Position numbers and translations under genes: made by a program. The notes under the pieces are model-generated. The model worked only from the letters and a program-made list of their open reading frames with translations. It was not told the DNA's origin and made no database searches. Shown piece after piece: positions 40,686-55,172 of a stretch of 64,000 bases of DNA; position 1 is the first letter of the stretch, and the number at the start of each line of letters is the position of its first letter. The stretch is from positions 544,435 to 608,434 of the forward strand of contig JAWQFM010000019.1 in the NCBI GenBank assembly GCA_033442325.1, in the 5' to 3' direction. The stretch is from Salpingoeca rosetta (taxonomy: Eukaryota; Protista; Choanoflagellata).

Positions 40686-41302
40686 CTACTTCCTCTTCTT
40701 CCTCTTTGGTTCGCCTGATTGCTGCTGCTGCTGTTGTTGTTGCTGCTGCTGCTTCTTCTTCTTCTCCGCAGCCAGCTGCATGTCGCGCAAGCACATAGGG
40801 CAGTACCAGCTGCCCTCCGGTGCAACCGTCAGCCCGACGCACGGCAGGTGAAACCACTGGATCTCGCACTGTTGGGCAGATGCACACGCATGGATGAGGA
40901 AGGGGCGACAGGTGGACAGGAGATGGCGGGTGGGTGTTGTTGGATGCGTGTCGACCATGGGGGAGGGTGAGTTTTGAGCACGGTTGTTTTGCAAGGGTTT
41001 GGGCACACACACACATGTGCAAGGCTAAGATCGATAAAACAACACAGCGCACTCAACCCACATTATCGTTGTCGCAGCCGATCATGTCGCCGTGGGAGAG
41101 CTGGCGGCAGATGCAATACAGGGCTGCAAGCGGATGGTGGGGTGAGCACGCGTAGAAGGCGGTAAGAAAGTTGAACATGCCGGACAGACAGACAGACACA
41201 CAGACACACACAAGCAAGCGTGCACGGAGCAGCTCACTTGAGTCTTCCTCCTCTGCAGCGGCCGTCTCGGCCTTTCGTGCTTGCGTCTTCCTCGGTGTCA
41301 TG

Positions 41303-41360
<58 letters not shown>

Positions 41361-41561
41361 CAACAGGGGTCACGAGAGTGTAGGGGGCAAAGCTGTAACA
41401 CACAGCATACCTTGATCTGCCTCTGCTCAGATATCCTCGGCCCTTTGCAACTGCAGAAGAAAACCAAAGTGATACGCAAGTTGCGATGTGGGAGAGTGAA
41501 TGAGGGAGTGAGCGAGCTTGAGCGCAGTGTTACACAAAGACAGACAAGACAAAACAGGCGG

Positions 41562-41597
<36 letters not shown>

Positions 41598-41933
41598 GCA
41601 GAGACGCATGCCCCCCCCCCCTCTGCAAAACACAACATGCTATGCAGACCAAGGTAAGGCGATTCCTCCGTGTCCAGCAAGAGGGATTCTGCAAACAGGA
41701 CAAAAGGAAAGGCCGACACGTGGATGAGAGACCGGCATATAAAACGGCAGGTGGAGTGGATACGGAGAAGGGCTGCAAAAGGTGCAGAGAGTGACAGGGG
41801 AGAGAAGGACGAATAAACGCAGAACAGAGAGCGCGCAAGCACACTCACGTACACAGACACACAGACACACGCACAGGCATAGACACACAGACACACACAC
41901 AGACACAGACACACAGACACACGCACAGGCATA

Positions 41934-41996
<63 letters not shown>

Positions 41997-42503
41997 ACAC
42001 ACGAACCCCAATAACCCTCCCCCCCTCCAATCCCAAACCAAACAGCCAACGCACGCTCTTTGAGTTTGACGGTGCAGCCCGGATTTGATGCCTCCAACTC
42101 CTTCTCAAAGTCAAGGAGTTTGCCGTCCAGGTGTTTCAACAGCTTGTCGAGCTAATGACCACAGCACAAACCAGCGTGTGTGTGTGTGTGTGAGTTGAGA
42201 GATGTAGTTGTTTAGGGTTTGCAACAACAGATGAGTAAACCATTCAGATACCAGCGTTGCAACAATGAGCGAGCGAGAAAGCAGAGGAAAGGGAGACACA
42301 AACCCGAGCGCCGGCGTGTTGTGCCATTGCCTTCTTGTCCTGGCACAACTTCTTCGCCTCGAGCAGTTGCTATCATCGACAGTGACGATCGACACAGGGT
42401 GGGTGGTTTTGCGTGCGCGAGAGAGTGAGTGTGGTGATATGTGCGAGCGAGTATGTGTGTGTGAGTGAGCGAGTGAGCGAGTGAGTGAGTGTGTGTGTGT
42501 GTG

Positions 42504-42550
<47 letters not shown>

Positions 42551-43084
42551 CGGGTGGAGGGTGTGTCGAAACCCACAACGCCATGCACGCGTATGCGATT
42601 GTCCACGATTGCATGCAATGGCATCACCGTATGCATACACACGCACATTCACACACGCACATGTCGAAGCGTACATTGAGCCATGTCTTCACTCGTGCTT
42701 CCTCTTCCTCTGCTGGTAGTTTGGGCGCATCCTTGAAGAACTTCTCTGCCGCTTGTCGCGCACTGTCCATGTGATCTGATCAAAACTCAAGCAGGAGTGC
42801 AGAGGCCAAGGGCGTGAGGTACATCATCGACACAGCGAAACGAGCACACCATGGGGGGGGGAGGGGAAACAGACAGGCCAGACAAGCAGGCAAGGCAGGC
42901 AGGCAGACACACACACAGACACACAAACACGCACAGACACACAGACACGCACACACCGCACACACAGACACACACACAGACCTTGGTGTTCTGCATCCAC
43001 GTCTCCAATCTTCTTCAGCATGTCCTTGAACTCTTGTGAAAACTCATCATTGAGCTCAAGGAAGTCATGCAGAAACACCATCGC
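40686..43084 (-). CDS. ING-family (inhibitor of growth) PHD-finger chromatin protein
   Basis: N-terminal FLHDFLE..DMLKKIGDVD and KHLDGKLLDFEKELE; PHD LYCICRQLSHGDMIGCDNDN|CEIQWFHLPCVGLTVAPEGSWYCPMC; about 9 exons. Confidence 0.92.
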
Positions 43085-43352
43085 CATCTCGAACGGTCAA
43101 CCACAACAGTGTCAGTCCACCACCCGCAACACAGCCAACAATCAAAAACCAAACCACGTCTTCGCAGCCGCCACGCCAAGTCCGGACGATTTGCTGAAAA
43201 TATGAACCAATTTTCAGCCAACGATGACGCATTCTCACACACGCACCACCAGCCAGCACACCACCACCACCACCTACTCGTCCTACACCGCTGTTGTTGT
43301 TGTGGCTTGGTTGGTGCAAGCGGCTGGAGGCTAACCAAACAGACGCACAGCT

Positions 43353-43401
<49 letters not shown>

Positions 43402-43459
43402 AAGCAAGCGAGGAGAACAAGGCCTCCTGTACCTTTGGCTGAGCTGACTGCCACTTTCC

Positions 43460-43517
<58 letters not shown>

Positions 43518-43520
43518 GAC
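43353..43520. repeat. (GCAA)n and (CA)n repeats in the divergent ING/ROCO intergenic region
   Basis: Read directly. Confidence 0.9.
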
Positions 43521-43565
43521 ACACAAGACACACGCGACACACGCGACACACGACGTGGCGCTGTC

Positions 43566-43951
43566 ATGAGCCATCGTCGTCGCAGCAGGTTCACGGCCAG
43601 CAGTGTCACCAGCGACGGCAATGGCGACGATCAAGGACACAGCCTGCGCCTCAGCGTGGAAGAACACGAGAGGCGGCGATCTGCGCTGGAGGGTGCTGTC
43701 ATCAACGTGTTTGAGCCCATGGTTGACGATCCGAACGACAACGATGGCGTGGATGGCCTGATCGGGGCCGAGGGCGAGGTGGAGGAACTGGAGGATCCTT
43801 TCAGCGACAGTGACGACGCCGACGCCGATGCTGATCGGCAAGGTGCCCAGAGCGAGCTGGAGGCTGACAGCAGCGATGCCGCAAGTGCTGAGGGCGGCAA
43901 CAATCACGAAACCAGCCAACTTGGCCAACATGACAACAGCAACAGCAACAA

Positions 43952-43982
<31 letters not shown>

Positions 43983-43991
43983 AACAACAGC

Positions 43992-44046
<55 letters not shown>

Positions 44047-47000
44047 CAGACAGTGACGCATTCCACACCGCTGACGAGCATGACAGCGATGGCCACGACG
44101 CGGCGGAGCACCCACATCGATCAAGGTTACCCTCTGTGTCTTCACCGCACACATCCGCCTCTCGTCCGGCTGCTGTTTCCACGTCACCACGGCCGAACCC
44201 TTTCCAGCCGCCATCACCGCACGCTCTGACGGCTGCAGGCGCGGCTGTCCATGAAGCACACGACAGCCACGACCTGCGTCAGGTGCGCCAGGTCCTCGCT
44301 CAACACTTGCATGGTGACGATCGCCACACAGCAAGCTCGGGAGATGATGCCGATTCTGACAGAGACAGCGCCGACGCGTCTTCAACGCACAACGCGTCGC
44401 CGTTGTCATCGCCACCATCGTCATCCACATCATCATCATCATCGTCGTCGTCAGCGTCATCTGCATCGTCGTCTATTTCCAGTGGTGACGAAGACGCGTC
44501 TGGCCCTTCGACCAGCGCAAACGGACAGCTGACCACGGCGTTTGACATTGACATGAGCTTTGAGGTGTACGATGGCAGCCGTCGCCCGCACGAGGACTGG
44601 GGCATTGAGCTGATTGAGCCGCCTCACAGCCATGGCACACGCTCCTCGCTAACAACTCCAGCGGTGACAGCAGCAGCGACCGGCATGGGCGGACCTGGTG
44701 TGTCCCGCCACCACCACCACCACCATCATCATCACCGTCATCATCATCATAATAATCATCATCATCACCACCATCCACCGCACGAGCACGTCCACCCGCC
44801 CTCGTCTTCATCTGCCCACGCGCCCGCGCTTGCTGCTGCGATGATGCGGGTGATTAGCGAGGAGGAGGAGCAGGCCGTGCAGGCCAACGCGTACACGTGG
44901 CTGCGGGCGCCTGCAGACACACGCTCCGCGGTGATTGAGGCGCGTCGTGAGGAACTCCTGTCCTCGGATCTTCTTGCAGCGTCACCGCGGCTGCAACAGG
45001 AGTGGACAGACCTGCTTCGGTTCCGTGACCGCCTGCTTCGGGAGGCCGCAGAGGCAGCGAGCGAGCCACGCCAGCCCCATGACGACCAGCGCTCGTGTGT
45101 CGAGTGTCGCCGGCACGGCCGCCACACGTCCTTCCACCCGTTTCGCCCGCGCGTGGAGTGCGCCAACTGTGGCAGCTCCGTGTGCGGCGCGTGCAGCAGC
45201 AACCGCCTCCTCCTCCCTGCGGGCACTGGTGGTCGGAGCAAGGCGCGCGTGTGCCAGTCGTGCTACCGCCGCATAACGACAGCCAAGCGCGCTGGCATCT
45301 GCGTGCGCATTGTGCAGCGGCAGGGGGAGGAGCGCGTGTTCTGGCTGGTGGAGCTCCCCGTCTCCTTGTGGCAGATGCGAACGGTCACAGAGCTTCACCT
45401 GTCCAACACCCAGCTGCGACAGCTGCCGCCACAGGTGGGCATGATGGAGCACCTGGAGGTCCTCAACCTCGCCGACAACTTCCTCTCTGAGTTGCCTGCA
45501 AGCATCGGCGTCGTGCGTGCGCTGCGGGAGCTGGACATAAGCGGCAACTTCCTGCGCGACCTGCCCAGCAGCTGCGGCGAGCTGACGGCGCTCCAGACCG
45601 TTAGCTTTGCAACGAATCAGCTCAAACAATTGCCGGCGTGGCTGGCGCGGCTGACGGCGCTGCACACGCTCGACATCTCCAACAACCCGGACATTGACGG
45701 CTCATCGCACCGCCATCTGGGGGAGTGCGGCGGGCTCACGTGCCTTCGAGCACGCAACACCAACCTGAAGATTGTGCCGGCTGCGCTGTGGCACCTGGCG
45801 AAGCTCGAGCACCTCGACCTGTCGTGCAATGTCATCACCAAGGTGCCCATGGCCATCTGCTGCCTGCACAGCCTGCGCAGCCTGGACCTCTCCCACAACT
45901 ACATCCACGTGCTGCCGGAGAGCGTGATGCATCTCGAGAACCTCGAGGTGCTTCGGCTCGGCTGGAACAGGGGCCTGCTCATCCCCGATGCGCTCGGCGC
46001 AATGTGGCAGCTGCGTGAGCTCACCCTCAACCACTGCGACCTGGACACGGTGCCGCCCACGCTGGGGTCGCTGCGGGCGCTGTCACGGCTGGACCTGCGG
46101 TGTAACCGCCTGCAAGTGATACCGCCGGCGCTGCAACAGCTGGCGCAGCTGACGTCGCTTCGCACAGAGGGGAACCCGGGCTGCCCTGTAAGGACGCGCG
46201 GGAAGGAGAAGGATGGGACGAGGAGCAGAAAGAAGAAAAAGACAAAGGCGAAGAAGAAGCAAAAGAAGAAGAAGGGGAACGAGGGGAGCGAGGGGAACGA
46301 GGGGAACGAGGGGAGGAACAAGAAGGTGGAAGGGGAGGGAGAAAAGCAGGTAGAAGAGCAGAAGAAGAGGAAGGGAGAGAAGGAGGGTTTGCGTGTGAAT
46401 GTGAGGCGGGATGGAGGCCGCGGGGGTGCGGGCGAGCCCAGTCGTGCTGTCGACCGTGACAGTGAACATGGTGCGAGAAGCAAGCAGAAACACAAGAAGC
46501 GGGATAAGAAGAGCAAGAGGAAGAAGAAGAGGACGAAGAAACACGGGCATCAGAACCCGCAGCACCACAAGCAGCACGGCCACAAGACATCCAGCAACGA
46601 CAGCCACCAACACGTGCACCACCAGCACCGCTATCATATGCATGAGCATGGCAGCAAGTATCACGTGCACGTGCAAGACGTTGATGTTCACGATGATGAT
46701 GGCGACAGCAGCAGCGGTGTTGGTGCCGGTGTTGGTGTTGGCGGCACTGGGGGTGGTTTTAGTGAAAGCGGTGGTCGTGTGGGCGATGAGCCAGAGACGG
46801 TTGGAAACACAATGGCGCTGCTGAAGGAGTTTTCAGGCACCCCGACGTCACCCCACTCGCACTCGCCACGCAGCCGCTCGCGTGCACACACCCCGCGCGG
46901 CAGCGGCCTGTTTGGAAAGGAGGATGGTGCTGCTACAACACGCGACGGAGGAAACGGCGGTGATGGCGATGGCAATGGACACGCACCAGACTCACAACAA

Positions 47001-47698
47001 CAACAGCAGCAGCAGCAGCAGCAAGCACTGCAGCCCTTGCAGGTGGTGCTGTGGCAGGCGTCACCCGACCTTGATCTGCGCTGGCTGTGTGACAAGCTGA
47101 CTGGTCCCGTGTACCTTCCCGCCGTGCGAGAGAACCTGCCCCACCTGTCCACCATGATCCCAACAGTGTACACCGCAGACACGCACATGCAGCAGCAGCG
47201 CACGGCAGCACAAGCAGCCACGCTTGCTGCCCAGGACGCGTACAAGAGCAAGTCATCGCTTCTCTTTGACACGGACATTGCCACCGTCGACCCATCAGCG
47301 ATCCCGCTCGTGGCCAACACAGACTTGACCGTGCCAGCAGGTGGGCGCGTAATGTGTGTGTGTGCGTACGTGCGTACGTGCGTGTGTATGTGTGCGTTCG
47401 TGCGTGTGTGTGGGTGTGTGTATGTGTGTATGTGTGCGTTCGTGCGTGTGTGTGTGCGTGTGTGCGTGTATGCGTGTGTGTGTGTGTGTGCGTGCGTGTG
47501 CGTGCGTGTCGTGCGTGCGTGCGTGTGTGTTCCTCGCCTGCTCATCTTCTCTGGTCATAATTTTGTTTTTCTTGTGCCTGTCTCTACGACCGCCCTTCAA
47601 TCACACATACACGCACATACACACACACATACTCACACACATAAACACATACACATACACATACTCACACACATACACATACACATACTCACACACAT

Positions 47699-47741
<43 letters not shown>

Positions 47742-50700
47742 GCTGTCGTCTTCTTCAAGCGTTGACGACGACTCATGGCCAGACAACGTTCGCTTGTCCG
47801 TGCTGCACCACCGCGGCCCCCTCAGAGACGGTGCGGCGTGTGGTGCAGCTCTGTGGCCTCTTTGTTTGTGATGTGTTGTCGCTAGGTGGCGTATTCGGTT
47901 GATGTTATGCATTGCGTGGCGAGTGCGCTCATCTGACCACACACAAGCACGCCCACGTCCCTTCCCACACGTGCTTACACCACGTTCTCAAATTCTCATA
48001 CATGCCCTCACCCACGCTCTTATGCACGTCCTCACCACACCAACCCTCACCCAAACTACCCCTCATGTTGATGCAGGCGTGCTGCAGCAGCTGTGTCATG
48101 CACAGCGGGCGGTGCCACGGGTGCACCTGCTGTGCATCGACCTGTCATTGGACCACGACGACCTCATCATCCGCGACACGCAGGAGATGCTGGGGGAGCT
48201 CGCCAGCTGCTTCCCTGGTGACCGCATACAGATGGTCGGCGTCAAGCACATACACATGCGCGACCACACGGCCGCTGCAAAGCAGGTAGGCAGTCACAAT
48301 TGGTGGATGGGGGGGGCGGGTGTGGGGCGGAAGTTGGGACGGGGTTAACTGAGAACTGACATACACAAGGGCGTCAGACGAATCGTCACCTTGTCCCTTT
48401 TCTTGCATTCTGAAATGCTGTATCGTCAGTTTTTGACGAGCGTCATGGCCCACAGTGTACCATGAGAATGTTTCACAGCATATGACCCAAGCTCCCATCC
48501 CAAACATAGCCTGACACACATAACCACACACACACAACCACACACACACAACCACACACACACACACACAACTACATGTGCGCTGTGATTCAGGTGGTTG
48601 CGTGGGACGCAGCGCAGTCGTTGCTGTATGCACGTCGCCGCGCCATTACCAACGAGTGCGGTAACCTGCCACTCTCCCTCACGCAGCACCCCGGGTTTAT
48701 TTCTCGCCGCGCTGCCCGCAAGTTTGGCCTGTACCCGTCACTGCACACGCGACCACAGCCCCAGGCAGCGGTTGTGGGTGCGGAGTCATCGACCGCGTCT
48801 GTGATGCCGACACACATGCAGCACACGGCGAGCGCGCGGTTGCAGTTCTGGGAGGAGCAGCATGTTGACATTGGCCGAACGTGCATGGTCGTGTCCAAGC
48901 GTGATTGCAGTCAGCTGTGGTCATTTCTTCGCCAGCAAGCCCACGCCATCGCGAGGCAAGCCAGCGCCACCAGCTCACAGGTCCGCAAACCGCATTTGGG
49001 ATTGCTTGTGCTTCGTTTGTTCGACCTGCTGTTGCTGCTTCGGGTTCGTGTCTAGTGTCATTGGCTGTTACACGTGCACCCAGACAGAAGTTGACAACAC
49101 ACACACACACACGCAAAACATCACAACACAACACACACGTGTCCAAACTACAGGTGCATCCGCAACAACAGGTGCAGCCTGCTGGGGACGTGCACGCGTC
49201 GCCGTCGCCAGAGTGTTTGCGAATGGGGCAGCACCTGCAGCTGCTGTTCAACCAGGGTGTCATCACACGCAGTGTCTCAGACCTCCTCCTCTCCCTCAGA
49301 CTCCAGCACTGGAACCCCACCAGGTGGGCATGCGTGCACGTGGCTGCTTCGCTTGTGTAGTGACACGTGTGCATGTATGCTAGTGTGGCGTATGTGTGTG
49401 CTGATTGCGCTCAGCATGTGCCTTGCTCATGTGCGTGTGTGTGAACTCAAATACATGTCACTCTCACTTTTGCACGCGTGCCAATGTTTGCCGCTAACCC
49501 ACCTGTACACATGCGCGTTCCCATCTCAACCACTGTTCACCACTGCCCCGTGCACAGGTTCCCCGTGAGCGCATTAGCATCGCCACGACTGCGCATGCGA
49601 CGCCGTGACAATGCATTACGCCTCACTAAGTCTGCTGCCACAACACCTCGACACCACCGCTCCCCTCGCAGCGCCACGCCCGTCAACCGCGCAGCCAGCA
49701 GCAAGCACATCAGCGCAGCCGACATCGCCTCCCCACCGGAGCTTGCACATGACCACCACCACCATGATCACCACTATCATCACCACCATCATCATCACCA
49801 CTCCACGGCGATTGGGCGGTTGTCGGAGGCGCTGCGTGCGCATTTGTCGCGGAAAAGCGAACCTGCTCTCACTGTACGGCCCGCTCGCAGCAAGACTGAG
49901 CTGCACACCAGCAGCACCACGTCGCAGACCACCGCCCAAGACCTCGACCTCCCCACGCTGCTGGATGTCGCATGCCGTGCCAGTGGTGTCTCCACGTTCC
50001 TCGGGCACACGGCGACGGATGTGCTGTTTGTGAACCCGCGCGTGCTTGGGCATGCCGTGGGCGCACTGACGCACTTCCACGTGGACTGGATCAAGCACGT
50101 GACGCGGGCGACGCTGCCAGCGCACCTCCGCAGTCGCACCAAGGCCATCCGCGCAGGGCTTGAGCGCTACTGTGCGACTGGGGAGCTGCTCCCTGCCGAC
50201 ATGACGGGCGCCTTCGTCGCGTACCGCCAGCACTGGCTGCAGGAGGTTGATGCCATTGAGCACCCAACACGCCGTCTGCAGCAGCTGCGCATCACGCGTG
50301 ACCACATCCTGCACACGCTCGTCACACTCGAGGTCCAGCACATTGTGCAGGCGCTGTTTGAGCTGCAGCTGTGCTGTCATGTGCCCGGCAGTTCTGCCAA
50401 CGCCACCAGCTCCTCGGGCGGTGTTGGGGGTGCGTCAACATCATTCACATCGCCCACGGCGCCGCCACCGACCGGCCCGCTCTCCGCCGTCTCATCCATG
50501 TCGTCCATGCTGCTTGGTGGCAGCCGCTGCAGCCAGGACGCAGGCGCGTCCAGTACCGATCACACCAACAACAACGGCAGCAACAACAACAACGGCACTG
50601 ATGATGGCAGGCGAGGTACTTCGGTGGATGACGTGGGAATGGCGAAAAGCACCAGCAGCAGAAACAGCAGCGGCAGTGTGGCGATGACGGCGTCTGCCCT

Positions 50701-52337
50701 GGCGCTGAGCACAAGTACAGCAGCAAAGCGGGGCAGCGCGCCCACCGTGAGTGTTGGTGTTGGCGTGGACGGCAGGAGTGGCGGCAACTCCCCCTCCGAT
50801 GGCAATTGCAGCCACTACACCAGCCGGACACAGCAGGCACCTTGCCTGCAAGCAGCGGACCACCAGCGAAACGTCAACACGCACACGAGCAAGGTGCCGA
50901 TTCTCTTTCTCCCGCGGCGCCCGATATCGCCCTCTGCTGCGGCGACGCAGGTGTTTGAGAAAGCCATGGCGCCGCCACAGTCCTCCCGCGTTGGCGCAAC
51001 CCTCGCTGCACATTTTGGTGCATTCATGGACAAGAGCGACAAGACAACAACGACAGCAACTGCTGCAAGCAAGGATGGCGACGCAGCAGCGAGCAGCGGC
51101 AACGCGAACAGCAGCGATGGTGCGAGAGCGAGGGCTGGTAGCGGTGCTGGGCGCACACGATTGAAACGGTCAAGCACGGGCGGCACGAGCGCGCACACAT
51201 GTCGTGCTGGCCGTGTTGTTCGCATGAACCACATGCCCACCTCGCTGCTCGCCAGCTTGGCCTGCATGTGTTCCACGCGCTATGCGAGCATGCACGTGTG
51301 GGAGCGCGGGTTGCTGCTGTCTCCCGTGAGCGAACGCGGCAGCACGCGCTCCGTTGTTCTCGTCTCGTGTGCATATGACCCGGACACGTACCCGCACATG
51401 CCGTTTGTCATGTCCTTCCTCGCCGTGAACAACAACAAGGACATGCTCGGCGCGACCAACGCGCTCGTGGCTGCGCAGCTGCCCGCCGTTGCGTCGCTTG
51501 AGCACCTGCTGGTGACCGATTTTCCGGGCGTGATCTGGACGGCGGAGGCATGTTGCCCAAACTGCCTGCTGGAGGAGGATTTGTCCTCTTTGGAGGTGGC
51601 CGCTGCGAGAGGGCTGCATGCGCAGTTCCCGCTCAGCTCGCTCACCAACGTGGCGTACGTGGACTGCCCGGCATGTGGTACGTCTGCTTCCACGCCACCG
51701 CTCCTGCTCAACTTTATGGTGCTGGACGAGCACAGCCCTGCCCAGCGCTATCGCCTGAATGCCGTGCAGAACCTCATTGCTGGTCTGGGGCGCATCGTCG
51801 TGCAGCCGTACAAGGGCGTCAGCCAACACTCACCCGATGGCGGCGAGGACGAAGGTGCGACTTTGTTCGTTTGTTTGTTTGTTTGTTTGTTTGTTCGTTT
51901 GTTTGTGTGTGTGTGTCTGAGTGAGGGAGTGTGTGAGTCTTCTTTCATGTGTGTGTTCGTCTGTCTGACTGTCTGTATGTGCGTGTGTGTGAGTCTTCTT
52001 TCATGTGCGTGTGCGTGTGTGTGTCTGAGTGAGTGAGTCCTCTTGCGTGAGTGTGTGCCTGAGTGAGGGAGGGAGTGAGCCTGCTTGTATGTATGTGTGT
52101 GTGCGTGTGTCTTCTTGTATGTGCATGTGCACCCATGTTGAGCCCCACTGCCTGTCCGTTCTCATTCCCCAGTTCTTCTCACGTTTTGGCTGCCCACGCT
52201 CACACAACACAGACTGGCAAGTGCTTGATGTGCCAAAGACAGCACCGTTACCGCTGAAATCGCCCGTCAATGCCATCTTCGATGGAGAGTTTCCGCCCGC
52301 CAGCAGCGAGGAGGCCGACAACGATACGCACGCGTGA
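43566..52337 (+). CDS. ROCO-family-like protein: FYVE-like zinc finger, LRRs, degenerate Roc, COR (MFHAS1-like layout)
   Basis: Exons at approximately 43566-47340, 47741-47829, 48077-48285, 48594-48980, 49154-49323, 49558-51853 and 52173-52337. FYVE-like [23 protein letters not shown]; about 12 LRRs; Roc-like VHLLCIDLS and PGDRIQMVG; COR-like [36 protein letters not shown] and FPGV..CCPNC. Confidence 0.75.
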
Positions 52338-52822
52338 ACAAACTATGGCTGTTGCACCAACGTTGTGTGTGTGTGTGTGTGTATGTGTGCGCCAGTGCCC
52401 TGTTTCCAGCGTATTCACGCACTCGCGAGATGTAGCTGTTGTCGTGTGTTGGACATAGTGTCGTGGTGACACGATAAAGGAACTATGAAGCGATTGTCTT
52501 TTATGAAGGGCGTGAACGAGCGTTGCCAGCACAAGAACGGCAAACGAGCCAGCAAGGGAAACTACAACACATGCAACGCTTTGAATCAACACAGAGGTGA
52601 ACAATAACAGCTGCTGTGCAAACGAAAATGAAGCCATCGCCGGGAAATTGTGAAAGACGAACGCGAGCGGTAATGTAACAGCACACGACGGAGCACACAC
52701 CAATACCAACAAGGAGGAGGATGCAATACGGCACGGCAGACGCAAAGACAAAGCACGAACAGAAGCAAGCGAGCAAACAAACGAAAGGGGGAGGGGGTAA
52801 ATCACGTTGCCACTGCTGCACC

Positions 52823-55141
52823 TCAGGCCGTGGACGCATCGTGCAAGTGGGCGACTTCTTGCTGCTCGCGAACCCATTTCCTGCGACGGATGCTGGCGTT
52901 GCGCATATCCTTCTCAAAGCGCGACGACAGGTTGCGGGCGTATTCCCACGCCTCGTCCCCATCCCTGCGGTATGTGTGTGTGTGTGTGTGTGTATGTGGT
53001 GGGGGGGATGAGTGAGTGAGTGGGTGAGTGTACATGGTGTGAAAGTAAGACAATGTGTGCGACCACCAGCTTGAGTGACGAGCATGTTCTTCGTCTGGTG
53101 TTGTTCAGAATTCCAGACCACCATCCCGTGTCTCACCTTGCCGAGTCTGCGAGCATCCAGTTGCCGATCCACTCCCACCCCGGGTGTGGCTTGATCTCCT
53201 TCAGCGACACAAACTGCTCATACGTGCCGCTCACAACATACGCTGTCACGCACGCACACAAGGCGATACAAAGGTTAGGGAACCACACGCGACGACAAAC
53301 AGGCAGGCGCGCGCATGTGTGTGCGCGTGTACTTGTGTTGTGTGTGTACCTGAAATTGGATCGGATGGGATGAATCGTTTCGCCCAAGTGCCGTCGCAGT
53401 TGCGCTCGTACTCATGCACCTGCAGCGGATGCATATGGATGGTGGTCGTGTGAGCACGAGTCACATGCCACAAAGTGTGAGCAGGGCGTGGCAAAACACA
53501 ATAAAACGAAGCAAACAAACGAACGAAACAAAACAAAACGAAGCCAGCAAGCAGGCAAAGCAAAGCAACGCAAGCAAACAAGCAACAAAACAAAACAAAA
53601 CAAACAAACCTGAACAAGCTCCGTGTGATCTGACTCGGGCCTGAACACCGTGTCCAGGGAGTCAACCTGACAGTATGAACAAGAGCAGATTGCGTTGAGC
53701 ATACATATGCTGGTTTCATTTCATCACGGTTCCCGTGTGCATTTCGTGCATCGCCTGCTCAACGGGTGCCATCATCCCATCGCCCCAAAAGAACACCAGC
53801 ACTCCCCCTCCCCTCTCATCATAACGGCAGCTGCGCACCTGGAACGCGTGGCGGACGTTGAGGTTGTAGAGCGTCTTCAAGATGGCGCCAAGAACAGGAT
53901 ATGTGTCGTCGTCGCGGACTGGCAGAATGCCGGCGCTGCTGTCGCTGAATGTCAACTCCATCCCTGCACGACAACAAGCCATCGAAGTGAGAAAGGCACG
54001 TAGGAAGCGTCCTGATACAACCCATTCACAAACATACACACACGCACACGTACGTACGTGTGCCGCACATGTTCAAAGCGCGCACACACACACACAACAA
54101 AACACACAACATGTCTTGCGGTGTTACCGTTTCGCTCTGGCTTCTCCTGGAAACCGCGCAGTTTGGTGGCATCAAATTCCTTCTGCACAGTAATCTTCTT
54201 TCCAGCAACAACATCCAACACTAAACCGAATCACACATCATGGTCACACGTGAGCACACGTGCGGTTCTTGAGTGGATCACGCGGTCAACTGTCGTCAAG
54301 CCAAGTACCCAGCGTCACAGCGCACACGCGTGCACACACACGCATACACCTCTTCACAAACATACAAAATACACAAACATGCACAAACAAACAAACAAAC
54401 AAGTTACAAACGTCCCCCCCCCCCCCTGACCGAGGATGCGCGTGGAGAGGGCGAGGATGACGCAGAGGTGGTGCTCCCCGCGCTTCGTGTCCTGCTTGAG
54501 AATCTCCGACACGTGCGCAACGTACGGGATGTCGCCGTAGTTGTCGCGCAGCACGGGCGTGCGCTGGATAAAGCCGACGCCTTGTGATTTGAGGGGCGAA
54601 TAAGGCACCACGGTGCCCTTTGCGTGGATGTGGCGCGGAAGACGCGCGCGCTCAACGCCTTGCTGGCCTGAGATGGACGTCTCAATGCCACGAAGCGTGC
54701 ACGACACGAGATCCACAGCACCGCTGGCTGGCTTCACAAAGAGACCCAGCATGCCCTTGCCAAAGCCGAGAAGCCCTTTGCCAACACCGCCCTCCTTGCC
54801 TTCGCGGACGGGCGTGGTGACGACACCAGACACGCCGGACCTGAGGCCGCGTGCAAACATGCGCGCGCCGGAGAGGAAGCCACGGCGCGCGCCCGTGGGC
54901 TGTGCACGAAGCGTACGCTCTCGCTCCTCCTGGAACTTCTTGTCAAAGGTGACCTTTGCCAGGCCACGCCCGGTTGCACCCACCATCTTCGCGCCCATGC
55001 CGACACCGCCGCCAACAACACCCGTGCCCAGGTCCTTGACGCCTTTCGTCACCTGGTGTTGTCGTTTGGGAAAAGGGACGAATGAGTGGGTGGTTCAAGT
55101 ACGCGACGCGCACATGCAATCGACGCGGATACAGCACCACG

Positions 55142-55172
<31 letters not shown>

